Virus record (IMG/VR): IMGVR_UViG_3300021254_000020
Coordinates: 96,001 to 160,000 of that record
Strand: one strand, 5' to 3'
Length of the DNA: 64,000 bases
DNA from: a virus
Lineage: Duplodnaviria; Caudoviricetes
This document shows positions 37,292-47,279 of the stretch, piece by piece (position 1 is the stretch's first letter; each line of letters begins with the position of its first letter). The notes under the pieces were generated by a model that did not search any database, had not been told where the DNA came from, and saw only the letters and a list, made by a program, of their open reading frames with translations. The translations under genes and the position numbers were made by a program.

Positions 37292-37762
37292 TTATTTCTT
37301 TTCGGATTTCTTTTGCTCTATCAGGATATCTCTAACCTTCATAAGAGCTTTACCAAGAGCGTTGTATCCCTTACCAGTATCTTGACGTACTCCAATCCAG
37401 TCATCCATATGAGTAACCACATGCACCAGATTCTTAGGATAAGTAGCTATCAACCAGTTTGCTAAAACCTGATTCTTGAACTTCAGTAACAATACCTTTT
37501 CTAAGTAGAATTCTTTGTTCTCCTCATAATCCTCATTGTAAGGAAGATTTGCTGCTTTCTGCCTAGCCTTATTAGGACTCAGCCTAGCAATCTTTCTCAT
37601 TATCTTGGGATTAGTACTCTTTAGAGCATAGAATAGAGTAGCAGCGCATGGGTACGTTTCTCCTTCATACTCAATAGCACTTGGGAACTCCAAGGTCAAA
37701 TACTTATAACCAGTCTTTACGAAGTCACGAATCTCTCCATTAGTTTTGCTTACAGTTGACAT
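37292..37762 (-). CDS. NADAR (YbiA-like) family protein, divergent
   Basis: EYEGETYP..FYALK, LLLKF, LIAT, GKGYNALGKALMKVRD. Confidence 0.75.
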   Translation of the reverse strand: MSTVSKTNGEIRDFVKTGYKYLTLEFPSAIEYEGETYPCAATLFYALKSTNPKIMRKIARLSPNKARQKAANLPYNEDYEENKEFYLEKVLLLKFKNQVLANWLIATYPKNLVHVVTHMDDWIGVRQDTGKGYNALGKALMKVRDILIEQKKSEKK

Positions 37763-38641
37763 TTACTTTTTCTCTCCAATCTTCTTAATCTGTATTAAAG
37801 TAATAGCTGGATCTCTATACTCACTAGCATTCAATATCTCCATAATCTTCAGAATATTCTCTATCTCTCCAGGATTGTTTACAAAGAACTGATCGTCTAG
37901 TGCCCAGTTCTCATAATCCATTAATTGATAGAGCATAGGTTTAACTTCCTTCTTTATTCTCTCCTTAACGTTAATTACACAGTAGCTACCCAGCCTCTTG
38001 TCTAAGAGACAGCTGTAATAGTTATAGGCTACCAGTATACTGCTTATGCCATATACAGACATAGTATCATATGGATAACACGTACTAAATGCAGTATAAT
38101 TCTGAGTAACTGTATTGATCATATCCATGAGATCTTCATATACGCTTTCCTGAATCCATGACCAATACTGCTCTCTATAGGTAGGAGTCTTTTTCTCTAT
38201 ACTACCATCTGGCTCAAATATACTACTCATGTGTTTAAAGGATTGTTCTATAGTATCCTCTAGCACAATGAAAGTACCATACTTATAGAACTGATCTGGG
38301 ATATGAATAATGCACTTACCCATATCCTTAACCACATGCTCTTCTAGAATAGTACTTTCTCCATTATGCAATGATAAATTACCAATGTTAACTCCTCTAA
38401 CCATATAGAAGCAGAATCTATTAGGATCATTCTCTTTATCTCCATATGCGTCTGTAGAGATAATCCTCATGAACCATCCTTCTCTGAAGAATACGTTATC
38501 AGGATACAGACTCTCTAAGATCGTTCTAACCTTTTCTGGTTCGTCCTTCCCCATCCATCTAGTAATAGTGTCGGCATGAATGATATAATCTCTTACGAAT
38601 GCACCCATCCTAAATGGATTAGGACCAAGATTCTTTGTCAT
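37763..38641 (-). CDS. Hypothetical protein
   Basis: 292-aa ORF, collinear. Confidence 0.7.
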   Translation of the reverse strand: MTKNLGPNPFRMGAFVRDYIIHADTITRWMGKDEPEKVRTILESLYPDNVFFREGWFMRIISTDAYGDKENDPNRFCFYMVRGVNIGNLSLHNGESTILEEHVVKDMGKCIIHIPDQFYKYGTFIVLEDTIEQSFKHMSSIFEPDGSIEKKTPTYREQYWSWIQESVYEDLMDMINTVTQNYTAFSTCYPYDTMSVYGISSILVAYNYYSCLLDKRLGSYCVINVKERIKKEVKPMLYQLMDYENWALDDQFFVNNPGEIENILKIMEILNASEYRDPAITLIQIKKIGEKK

Positions 38642-38645
38642 TTAA

Positions 38646-38951
38646 TTATCCCCTTTCATCTACATAACCTATCAGGTTCATACCCTTTTTATTTATTCTC
38701 TCCTGATCTTCTGCTAACTTGTAGTATTCAGGAGTTGTGATACCATAAATAGAGCTAGTCAATCTAACCTTATTATTACAAGTTGGGCATACTCCAGTAA
38801 TATCTTTATCTTCTCCTATAATCCTTTCTAGAGTTCTTCCGCCAGCCGATGGTAATCCTAATTGATATACGCTAGTCAAGTACAGTAACCGAGAACCACA
38901 TTTTGGGCACAAGCCAAAGTCTCTAGTCACTACTTCTTTCATCTTTTTCAC
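38646..38951 (-). CDS. Zinc-ribbon protein
   Basis: CPKCG ... CPTC. Confidence 0.7.
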   Translation of the reverse strand: MKKMKEVVTRDFGLCPKCGSRLLYLTSVYQLGLPSAGGRTLERIIGEDKDITGVCPTCNNKVRLTSSIYGITTPEYYKLAEDQERINKKGMNLIGYVDERG

Positions 38952-39225
38952 CTTCCTCCGGTTCTGTTATTAATACGCTCTCAAAATATTTAGTATGTGC
39001 TTTTAGAGACTCGAATGGATTATCATATTCTTTATTCTCCATTTCTAAAATCTCTTGTCTTGTTTTCTCAAGAACTTCTTTATCAATTCCATATGTATCA
39101 TGGATCTCATCAATCATCTGCTTATCAGAATGGCTTTGTATTATCATTTGCAGTATTGTAACAGCAGCTATTCTTGCTAGAGTATCTTTATCTAATTCAA
39201 TCAATTTCTTTTTTAGTGGATGCAT
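38923..39225 (-). CDS. Hypothetical protein
   Basis: GGAGG SD; late-type motif 39249-39260. Confidence 0.7.
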   Translation of the reverse strand: MHPLKKKLIELDKDTLARIAAVTILQMIIQSHSDKQMIDEIHDTYGIDKEVLEKTRQEILEMENKEYDNPFESLKAHTKYFESVLITEPEEGEKDERSSD

Positions 39226-39315
39226 TACGATTCCTCCCGTATTATAGTTATGACTGTGTTACCATGATCTTAATAAATTAAAGAGAGATAGCTATTATGC
39301 TATCTCTCTCATCTT

Positions 39316-39564
39316 TTATAATAAATGTCGCGTGTAATGGACTTTCCGAATATCCCCTTCTCGTACTATAACCGAATCTGGATATGCTATCTTACTCTTA
39401 TCTCTAATGATACTAGTATAAGCTTTAGCAATACCACCTTCGGTTACAACAGTCCCTAGCTTGAAGTCATTACTACTCATTGTTTTAGTGACGCTCTTTA
39501 ATTGGGTCGCTTCAGTCTTACTGTATATCCAATATCTCTTAAATATGCTATTAACGTCTGCCAT
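39316..39564 (-). CDS. Hypothetical protein (start MADVNS)
   Basis: AGGGGTG SD before 39564. Confidence 0.65.
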   Translation of the reverse strand: MADVNSIFKRYWIYSKTEATQLKSVTKTMSSNDFKLGTVVTEGGIAKAYTSIIRDKSKIAYPDSVIVREGDIRKVHYTRHLL

Positions 39565-39615
39565 AATAATCACCCCTTAAAAAAAGTTGTATTCAAACTT
39601 TTACACTTATGTGGG

Positions 39616-40035
39616 TTATATCAATTCTCCCAGATGCTGAGTGGATCCAAACAAGGATTCAATTATCTTAAATATCTTTCCTCTACGTGGACTTCTAACG
39701 ATAACATTAATCTTGACTCTATTCGTCATAATTAAGGTTATGACTCGTTGTAAGAAATGAGGATCCATAGCTTCAATGTACTTCTCCTCTTTTTCATTAA
39801 TCATAATATAGCCACGATCATCTTGTTTCAGTATCCACATCTTGTCTCCTGGTAGGAATGAAAAATAGTTATATTGATACTCTTTGCTAGTTATGAATGA
39901 TTTCCCTGGTCCTCTATCACAGTAACCAACATTAGTTCCATTAGATTTATAAGTCAAAATGAATATATCACCATATCTAACCCCATGTTCCCTTAATACT
40001 TTTTTTAATGGTCTAGCATTTATTGCTGCGTACAT
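39616..40035 (-). CDS. Hypothetical protein, paralog of 40040-40519
   Basis: GVRYGDIFILT..SNG vs GIRYGEPFMVT.SNG; LGELI vs LGKQI. Confidence 0.7.
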   Translation of the reverse strand: MYAAINARPLKKVLREHGVRYGDIFILTYKSNGTNVGYCDRGPGKSFITSKEYQYNYFSFLPGDKMWILKQDDRGYIMINEKEEKYIEAMDPHFLQRVITLIMTNRVKINVIVRSPRRGKIFKIIESLFGSTQHLGELI

Positions 40036-40039
40036 AATC

Positions 40040-40519
40040 TCACACCTTTATCTGTTTTCCTAATTTATCTTTACTGAAGATAGATAAACTGAGTAGCCTT
40101 ACTAAGAAATTACTTCTATATCCAGTAGTGATAGGAACTACTTTTAGAGTACCACTTAATATACAATCTCTAATCTTATTCAGAAACTGATCTACTCGTT
40201 CTCTATCAGCAGGGGTGGAAATCCATGCTGGAGATCTAGTGATATGGATGCAATTTTCGTATTTAGATCCATCTGGATTGTATAGTTGTAACGTATCGTT
40301 GTACTCATTAGGAAGTTTAGATCCATAAAAACAGAATAGATCTATCATATACTCTGGATGGCAATTACGCATTCTAGAATAGGAATGGGATATGTATCTA
40401 CCATCACCATTAGAGTGCGTGACCATAAATGGTTCTCCATACCTTATTCCTAGATTGTGCAAGTATCTACCTAACTTCCTATTGTTGTCTTCAATCAATG
40501 TTACCATCCTCCTAATCAA
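40040..40519 (-). CDS. Hypothetical protein, paralog of 39616-40035
   Basis: See paralog. Confidence 0.7.
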   Translation of the reverse strand: MIRRMVTLIEDNNRKLGRYLHNLGIRYGEPFMVTHSNGDGRYISHSYSRMRNCHPEYMIDLFCFYGSKLPNEYNDTLQLYNPDGSKYENCIHITRSPAWISTPADRERVDQFLNKIRDCILSGTLKVVPITTGYRSNFLVRLLSLSIFSKDKLGKQIKV

Positions 40520-40528
40520 ATTGTGTAT

Positions 40529-40711
40529 TTAGTTTAATAAACTCATTAAGTGATCATATTGAGTTCCAGATAGTCTATTGTTATCATATGCTTCTTGGAT
40601 CTTATACTGAAGATCTTCTTCAGTTATACTCACGTTTTCACCATCCACTACATCTGCTACCAGTCTCAATAATTTATGATAGTCGCAAGGTTCAAAATAA
40701 TTGTCATACAT
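40529..40711 (-). CDS. Small helical protein, paralog of 40720-40917
   Basis: EAYDNNRLSGTQY vs EAYANDIITKEQC. Confidence 0.6.
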   Translation of the reverse strand: MYDNYFEPCDYHKLLRLVADVVDGENVSITEEDLQYKIQEAYDNNRLSGTQYDHLMSLLN

Positions 40712-40719
40712 AATAACAC

Positions 40720-40917
40720 CTACTTTCCCTCTAATACATCAAATATATTAGTACATTGCTCTTTAGTAATTATATCATTAGCATAAGCCTCATATGCTTT
40801 AGCTTCTAAATTAAATCTCCGATTCTTGACCTTACTATCATTTTCATCTAATTCGCTTATCTTTTTAGCTCTTCTCAAGTATTGATTATAAATGATATTA
40901 GGTCTAGTTTTTGCCAC
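40720..40917 (-). CDS. Small helical protein
   Basis: See paralog. Confidence 0.6.
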   Translation of the reverse strand: MAKTRPNIIYNQYLRRAKKISELDENDSKVKNRRFNLEAKAYEAYANDIITKEQCTNIFDVLEGK

Positions 40918-40982
40918 TTCTTATCGCCCCATTTTAGAAAATAAAATAAGGGAGAGGGAATTATATCCCCTCCCCACCATAA

Positions 40983-42707
40983 TTATCTATTTGCTGTTAA
41001 TAACAGCCTCTTTCTATCTTCGTCACTAATCTTAAAGTCGTTAATGGCCATCTCAGGAACATTGCTATCTTCGAGAACAGGATTCACCCGTTCTACTATC
41101 TGTTTCAGCTTAGATCCTTTATTGTATTCATTAACGCTGTTAGCTAATCTATCTCTCCATCCAGAAGGTTCATGATAATTAGGATCTACATATCCACCAT
41201 GAGACAAGCTAATGAATGGTACTAATACCGAGCTTGTACCTGGATTGGAAGGAGATGATGTGTTCAAGCAAGATACCCCCAAGCTAGTAGGATGTAAATA
41301 ACGGTAGATTACAGGCATGGCTGCGTTACCATTATTCTCGCTTATAGCACTAGGACCATTCTTGCTATATCGTATAGCATTAAAACTATCACAATCAGTT
41401 ACAGTATCATTGAAAACTACTATGGATTCTTTCCCCAATTCAGTTAAGAGGTAATCAAATGGGATTATGATTCTCTTCTTGATACTAATAGTATTTACCC
41501 GATCACCCATATCTCCAAGAGTACACATGGCTTTAAAGAGTTTAGGAGCAATCAAGAATGCAGCATATTCCCCAACTCTGAATCTCTTCTGATAAATATC
41601 CAGATTAGATTTCAGAATCAATGCATTATATTCATACATACACCATCTAAGTACTTGATATACATCTTGCATATCATTGTAATCCATTCTAGATATATCT
41701 TTAGTAATCAGATCATATACCATCTCGAAAGAGCTTAGAACACTAATAGCCTTACTTCTAGGAGTTGCCAAACTATAATGTCTACCTAGTGCTTCCAACC
41801 AAGTATCATTGCTATTTATCCCCTCGTAAGTCATAAACTTACGAGTAGACTCATTAAGAATAGTATTTACTACGTGCTGTAATACATAGTTGCTATTAAA
41901 CAACTGTCTAGGAACAGCAACGTAGTAATGGGTTGCATCACTTAATTTAGCAGGCTGGAAGATATAATGATCTTCTGGAAATGGAGGAAGTGTCGGATGA
42001 ATCCAAATCTGTCCTCCTAATCCAAGGAACTGAAGACCTCTAGCCAAACCCATCTTTGCAAAGATATATTCACAAGCTGGAAGACTCTTGCTAAAAGTAT
42101 CACAGTCAAAGTGAACACACTCTACATCCTCATTGGTGATAGTATGTAGAGTATAGATATTTCTATAGATCTTTATAGGCTGGAAGTTGGTCTTAAATAC
42201 TACCATAGGATTCTTGGCATTGCTAGTTTGGTTGTTATATGTAGATGCATCAACCATCTGAAACATCATTTGGCGTTCATTCCCATTAAGATTTACATAC
42301 TGCCCATTAACAACTCTAGGAACTGCTAATACAGTTTCTACAATCTCATGTGTATCATATGCCTCTAAGTACATCTCGATGATCAGTATCTTCACATCAG
42401 ACTCTTTGAGATCTATGAAGTTGAATCTGTTCTCAGTATTACCTCTAAGTTTGACACTCTTCTTGATAGCAGCCTCTTGGTATTTAGAGAGAATAGCTCT
42501 TACCGAATCATAATCCTCTATGACCGTAAAGTTACGAATATGAATAGTAAAGTAACTATCCAAACCCATAGTTTTCTGAATAGAGAGATACAACAACTTG
42601 ATATTCTCTATTATCTCATTCTCATCCCTCTTAAACAGTTCAGGATTGATCTGCAATACATGTTTCGGGTTAGAATTAAACTTTTGGATAAATTGTCCTT
42701 GATTCAA
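40983..42707 (-). CDS. Phage multisubunit RNA polymerase beta subunit, N-terminal half (probably non-virion RNAP)
   Basis: VPRVVNGQYVNLNGNERQMMFQ resembles RpoB P.M...GTFVINGTERVIVSQ; YRYLHPTSLGVSCLNTSSPSNPG resembles RpoB [23 protein letters not shown]. Confidence 0.85.
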   Translation of the reverse strand: MNQGQFIQKFNSNPKHVLQINPELFKRDENEIIENIKLLYLSIQKTMGLDSYFTIHIRNFTVIEDYDSVRAILSKYQEAAIKKSVKLRGNTENRFNFIDLKESDVKILIIEMYLEAYDTHEIVETVLAVPRVVNGQYVNLNGNERQMMFQMVDASTYNNQTSNAKNPMVVFKTNFQPIKIYRNIYTLHTITNEDVECVHFDCDTFSKSLPACEYIFAKMGLARGLQFLGLGGQIWIHPTLPPFPEDHYIFQPAKLSDATHYYVAVPRQLFNSNYVLQHVVNTILNESTRKFMTYEGINSNDTWLEALGRHYSLATPRSKAISVLSSFEMVYDLITKDISRMDYNDMQDVYQVLRWCMYEYNALILKSNLDIYQKRFRVGEYAAFLIAPKLFKAMCTLGDMGDRVNTISIKKRIIIPFDYLLTELGKESIVVFNDTVTDCDSFNAIRYSKNGPSAISENNGNAAMPVIYRYLHPTSLGVSCLNTSSPSNPGTSSVLVPFISLSHGGYVDPNYHEPSGWRDRLANSVNEYNKGSKLKQIVERVNPVLEDSNVPEMAINDFKISDEDRKRLLLTANR

Positions 42708-42719
42708 TTTGCTTCCCCC

Positions 42720-43355
42720 TTAAATAATAGTAGCTCTCAGTTCTTCTCCTATGGGATTGGCACAACCTGGTTTATCTCTCATAATGAGTTCTACTTCGAT
42801 ATCACTAGCTTCTGCGATGGCTTTCATCTTACCAAAAGTAATACTATCAGCAGTAGTGAGAATGCGCATATTGTTAGAATAGTCAGAACCATGACGATGG
42901 CGATAACTACTCATATCAATATTCTTTTGGTTTAATGCTTTCTTCAACAAAGCAAACTCTGGAGTATCATCAGGTTTAATCATGAACTGAGTTACGTTAT
43001 CTTTGCATATCAATACAGTTCTTTCTGCTGCTTCTAATTGGGCAGTCTTTTGAATCATGCCAACTACACCATTAGTATTCTTATTCAGATCAATGATATG
43101 GCTTGAAGAATGTGCCTGTTTATCTTCTGCAGTTTCAGGCTTGGTAAACTTCAATGCTCCGCCATAATCTCTCACACCAATAAGAGTAGAGTTTCTTACA
43201 CCAGCATTTATAATAGGATATACATATCCGTTCTTTTCGATAGCAGTATCACTAGCCATGGCTTGCATGGCCTCTGGATTGATACCAGTACGTCTAATAT
43301 ATTCGTCTACTGTAACAACGTCATACATAGATCTTCCTATGGACATTTTACGCAT
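42720..43355 (-). CDS. Hypothetical protein with C-terminal HTH-like region, adjacent to RNAP beta-N
   Basis: AAAGGAG SD before 43355; LLKKALNQKNID...ITFGKMKAIAEASDIEVELI. Confidence 0.55.
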   Translation of the reverse strand: MRKMSIGRSMYDVVTVDEYIRRTGINPEAMQAMASDTAIEKNGYVYPIINAGVRNSTLIGVRDYGGALKFTKPETAEDKQAHSSSHIIDLNKNTNGVVGMIQKTAQLEAAERTVLICKDNVTQFMIKPDDTPEFALLKKALNQKNIDMSSYRHRHGSDYSNNMRILTTADSITFGKMKAIAEASDIEVELIMRDKPGCANPIGEELRATII

Positions 43356-43653
43356 GGATAATCTCCTTTCTAACATGAGCAATAGTATCTTCTGCTTTTT
43401 TCATAGAATCCAAGATTACAATCTGACTATTATAAATAGCCTGTTGTATAATAGCATCAGCAAGAGAACCGTCTTCAGGATCTACAATCAACACCTTGCA
43501 GAGTGCGGCTTTATGTAGCATGCTTGTCTTGTGGACCTCCGGATCCTTCATATTGTTCGTATTAGAGACCTTCAATACTTGGTATCCATCCTTCATCAAC
43601 CCAGACGCAATATCAGTATAATTTTCTTTATCACTTACTACCCCAACTACCAT
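43348..43653 (-). CDS. Small alpha/beta protein
   Basis: GAGGG SD; alternating beta/alpha pattern. Confidence 0.6.
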   Translation of the reverse strand: MVVGVVSDKENYTDIASGLMKDGYQVLKVSNTNNMKDPEVHKTSMLHKAALCKVLIVDPEDGSLADAIIQQAIYNSQIVILDSMKKAEDTIAHVRKEIIHA

Positions 43654-43752
43654 ATTATAATTCCCTCTCTCACTAAAAATAAATATATATTCATAGACCT
43701 CAATCCCGAGCCCTCTTTCTAGGACTCGGGACGAGTGTCTACGCTATACTGC

Positions 43753-44415
43753 TTATGCGGCTGCAGTTACGTTAGTATCACCAACAACACCGATTACATC
43801 ATCTTGCTTGATGATCTGCTTCAGGAGTGCACCAGGAGTTACACCGATATATACCTTGTCACCTGCCAGTTCGCTACGGAATGCAACGAGATCACCAATA
43901 GCCATTTCCGGATCAATCGTAGCATTGAGACGCATATAATCAGCCAGGCAATCGAATACGATGCACAGAACCTGAGTGCTAGTACCTTCAGTAATCTGGT
44001 CTTTGGTTTCGCCCTGTTTGAAACGCCATACAAGACCACCAACCTGATAGGAAACCTGATCGAAGATAGATTCGGCTTCCTTATTCTCAGCGAAGTTATA
44101 TACTTCGTAAGTGTTCTTATCGATATCTGCCTCGTCAAACGTGCAGGAGAGAGCCCAGCTACCTTCATCTGCGCCTTCTTCAGATTGAGCCATGAACTGT
44201 ACTACCATTGCAAAATGGAACCCACCATTATAATCACGGAGTTCCAGAGCCACCGGTTTATCCTTGCTCTTATGGATTGCCAAGAACTTAGCGGATGCCT
44301 GGAAGTAGAAGCGCAATGCATCTACAGTCAGTTCGTCTGACCAACCGAACTGATAACCTTCAGTGATGCGTTTCAGAGTCTCATTGAGAAGGGTCGTGCT
44401 AGAAATGTCTTTCAT
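43753..44415 (-). CDS. Probably highly expressed protein, possible tandem HU/IHF-like fold
   Basis: AGGAGG SD; GC-richer codon usage; C-term QVLCIVFDCLADYM...VTPGALLKQIIK resembles HU helix 2 and FKPGKALK. Confidence 0.5.
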   Translation of the reverse strand: MKDISSTTLLNETLKRITEGYQFGWSDELTVDALRFYFQASAKFLAIHKSKDKPVALELRDYNGGFHFAMVVQFMAQSEEGADEGSWALSCTFDEADIDKNTYEVYNFAENKEAESIFDQVSYQVGGLVWRFKQGETKDQITEGTSTQVLCIVFDCLADYMRLNATIDPEMAIGDLVAFRSELAGDKVYIGVTPGALLKQIIKQDDVIGVVGDTNVTAAA

Positions 44416-44453
44416 AAAAAAATACCTCCTAATAAATAAAACATTTAAAAATT

Positions 44454-44752
44454 TGATCACTCCACCCGACCAGGATGGAGATGATCATAACACACAATAG
44501 TACTGGGACTGAGGATCTTAGCGATAATCATAAATATATCTAAAAACGTAAATGACGCAGTCTGGTTAAGGGGAACCATTATTGTTACCATTTACTTCGA
44601 GTCCTCCATCATTGTTATCTTCAGAGCGAATGCGAATCCTCTTAGATCAATGAATGAGAGAATAGTAGCTACAAAATCAATTTGGGAATACACCAATCAT
44701 AGATTTATTTTGTTTATTATTTTATACATGAACCTCGCCAAGTCCTACTATT
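44454..44752 (-). ncRNA. Candidate structured 5' leader or small RNA
   Basis: Long-range helix 44733-44752 with 44496-44514, internal helices, hairpin 44454-44487; follows early promoter 44762-44784. Confidence 0.45.
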
Positions 44753-44761
44753 ACCCACTAC

Positions 44762-44784
44762 CATCTCTATAGTATATGCTTGAT
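44762..44784 (-). promoter_or_regulatory. Early-type promoter upstream of the HU-like/RNAP beta-N operon
   Basis: Minus strand TCAAGCATATACTATAGAGATG. Confidence 0.6.
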
Positions 44785-44873
44785 ATTTTTATTACCAAAC
44801 ATCCACTAACTTAAAATACTCTTAATATAGGCTTATCTACAACTAGTTGGATTTTAATCTTCTACCGTAGTGT

Positions 44874-47264
44874 CTAGTTATTTTTAGATTTTAATATAAG
44901 CTCTTGAGCCATATCTCTAGTCAATACCATAGGAGTCAATCCAGCACATGACTGTAGATTTTCCCAGGTTACATGTAATGGAGCAGTATTATATGCTTTA
45001 GCATATGCTTGTCCTAAGAACTTGAATGCTTTGGCTACCTTAGTACTCATGTATCCTACATTGGGAACAATAAGAGCATAACAGTCTTTAGTGAATCCAG
45101 CTTTTACATCAGCGTCATAATCCCCTAACTGATTAAACTGATCAGCCAATACTTTATCATGGACACCACTAAATACTATCTTCTTTTTAGGTTGTTTACG
45201 TGGATCATACGGTTCTGTTCTAGTCCACATAAAGTTGTTAAATATGAATCTCAGTTCATCTATCAATAATGGACGTTCTTTCACTATAGTCTCCACTGTA
45301 GTTTCACCTATACCATCTATAGCAGCTAAATGACGGAAAGTCTCATTTGGTTCATTTAGAACTCGTTCAATTGGGAACTGTTCTAGAATAGCCTTCCAAG
45401 TCTTTGCTGCTATATTGGTAAATCCTATAGCCCCTATTAGCCTATAGTCTGGTAAACCAATATTTTTGAGGAAATCTAAGACTCCTCGAAGATTATATGC
45501 ATTCCCTTTGCCTATTCTTCTTTCCATCTCACACCTATCATACGAATATAGCTGAGATAACTTAGTGACCTCAAGAGTCTTAATAGTTTCATAAGAGAAT
45601 CCTTTGGCATTTAGTTTCTTCAATGTATTAGACAATCTACCATAAGCTCTCTCAGGACACCAGAAGTTAGTACAGAATACACTACTACCAGAATCGGATA
45701 CATATAGAGGACCTCCACAGCTAGGACAAGTAGTTGGGAACTGTTCCAACTCTCCTAGCTCTTTTGGTTGTAGATGATCTGGAGCTCTTCTTATATAAAC
45801 TATAACGTCGTTATTCAGAGTCAGAGTGACTTTATCTCCTTTATGGAGTCCTAGAGTCTTAAATCTCTCATAGGAATGAGCTGTAGTCTTATCATGAATT
45901 GCTCCAAAGAACTCTACTGGTAAGAAGTGTGCCATTGGGACTATAACTCCATCTTGTCCTACACTATAGGTATAGTGAGTGAAGGTACTATATCTCATTA
46001 GAGGAGGGAACTTAATAGCTATGCTATATCTAGGAACAGCCCCTCTCTTACCAAGATACTGACGGATATTTGGATTCAGTATCTCTACTACGATGCCATC
46101 ATACATGAACTCTTGATAGTCTCTTAATGCTTGTGCTTCTTCACTGAACTTGTGTACCAAATAAAGTGCAGTATTGAAGTCAGCTTTGATTACGCTATAA
46201 CGGAAGTCTATTCCCTTAGTATAGTACTGATTCATAAACATGATTTCAGTAAGTCTATCTACATTAAGACTAGTCTCTAATGGTATTGGAGTAAGATAAT
46301 CTCTATACATTCTAGCATCTAGACTACTAGTCAACCCAATAACTGCATTACGAGCATTGACGTAATTCTTACCAAATCTCTCTTTCAACAGTCTTAGATT
46401 CTCTTTAGTAACTATATACTCATTCTTAATACCAATAGGATTACCTTTAGCTAATCCTCTTGCTCTAGCAAATGTCATTCCTCCTAGTATTGGAGTCATA
46501 TCAGATGCCTCATTATTATCTGTATCCCCTCTAGTGCAAGAAGATATGATAGTATCACCATCTACAGTATTCTCAATAGATACACCATCATATTTAAACG
46601 ATACTACTAGTTCTATATTGTTAGGATCTAGTATTCCCTCTTGGCAATACTTTGCTAAAAAGTCTCTCTCAAATATGAGTACTGATGGATCTTGGAAAGC
46701 TGCATTGTTTATAGCATCAGCATTGGTAACATATTTACACTTATCTAGAGTACCACATAGATCCCATTGATGAGCAGTAGTGCGTGCTTTCTTAGCCACT
46801 ACTGTATCATCATGATTATAGATGAAATCTTCAGCCATCGGCATAGTCATATTGCTAGTCATTGGTTTAAAGAACACCATCTTATCATAATCCGGAACTC
46901 TATCTACTATCTTTAGTAATCCCTCTTGAGTCCTACCATTATCTATAGGACTACTAGCTTCAGTAGCTCCCTTGAAATCTATAGGAGGGGCTCCTATAGG
47001 AGTAGGTATCCCTAGATTCTTACAGATTACTATTAATCTATCATAGATATCATCTGGGATGATCGGATTACCACCTATATTATTATAGACTATATTTGCT
47101 ATCCTTATAATAGCTTGAACAGTCAATTGGTTAGTAATTAGCAGATCCTGATCGCTGATAAGTTTAGTAGCAATCTCAGTTATCTTAACCCTTTCAGAAT
47201 CTTGAATAGTTGGATCTCCACCCATTAATCTACTAAGAATAGTATTTAAATATATAAGGTCCAT
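44874..47264 (-). CDS. ligA: NAD-dependent DNA ligase
   Basis: KYDG adenylation motif, TRGD, ARNA, DGIVV, AIKFP, zinc finger CPSC...CTNFWC, HhH GIGETT, degenerate BRCT. Confidence 0.92.
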   Translation of the reverse strand: MDLIYLNTILSRLMGGDPTIQDSERVKITEIATKLISDQDLLITNQLTVQAIIRIANIVYNNIGGNPIIPDDIYDRLIVICKNLGIPTPIGAPPIDFKGATEASSPIDNGRTQEGLLKIVDRVPDYDKMVFFKPMTSNMTMPMAEDFIYNHDDTVVAKKARTTAHQWDLCGTLDKCKYVTNADAINNAAFQDPSVLIFERDFLAKYCQEGILDPNNIELVVSFKYDGVSIENTVDGDTIISSCTRGDTDNNEASDMTPILGGMTFARARGLAKGNPIGIKNEYIVTKENLRLLKERFGKNYVNARNAVIGLTSSLDARMYRDYLTPIPLETSLNVDRLTEIMFMNQYYTKGIDFRYSVIKADFNTALYLVHKFSEEAQALRDYQEFMYDGIVVEILNPNIRQYLGKRGAVPRYSIAIKFPPLMRYSTFTHYTYSVGQDGVIVPMAHFLPVEFFGAIHDKTTAHSYERFKTLGLHKGDKVTLTLNNDVIVYIRRAPDHLQPKELGELEQFPTTCPSCGGPLYVSDSGSSVFCTNFWCPERAYGRLSNTLKKLNAKGFSYETIKTLEVTKLSQLYSYDRCEMERRIGKGNAYNLRGVLDFLKNIGLPDYRLIGAIGFTNIAAKTWKAILEQFPIERVLNEPNETFRHLAAIDGIGETTVETIVKERPLLIDELRFIFNNFMWTRTEPYDPRKQPKKKIVFSGVHDKVLADQFNQLGDYDADVKAGFTKDCYALIVPNVGYMSTKVAKAFKFLGQAYAKAYNTAPLHVTWENLQSCAGLTPMVLTRDMAQELILKSKNN

Positions 47265-47279
47265 AATCTCACCTCCACA

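Noticed and set aside
43348-43653. Nucleoside deoxyribosyltransferase-like enzyme
   Set aside because: Only a vague secondary-structure resemblance; catalytic residues not identifiable
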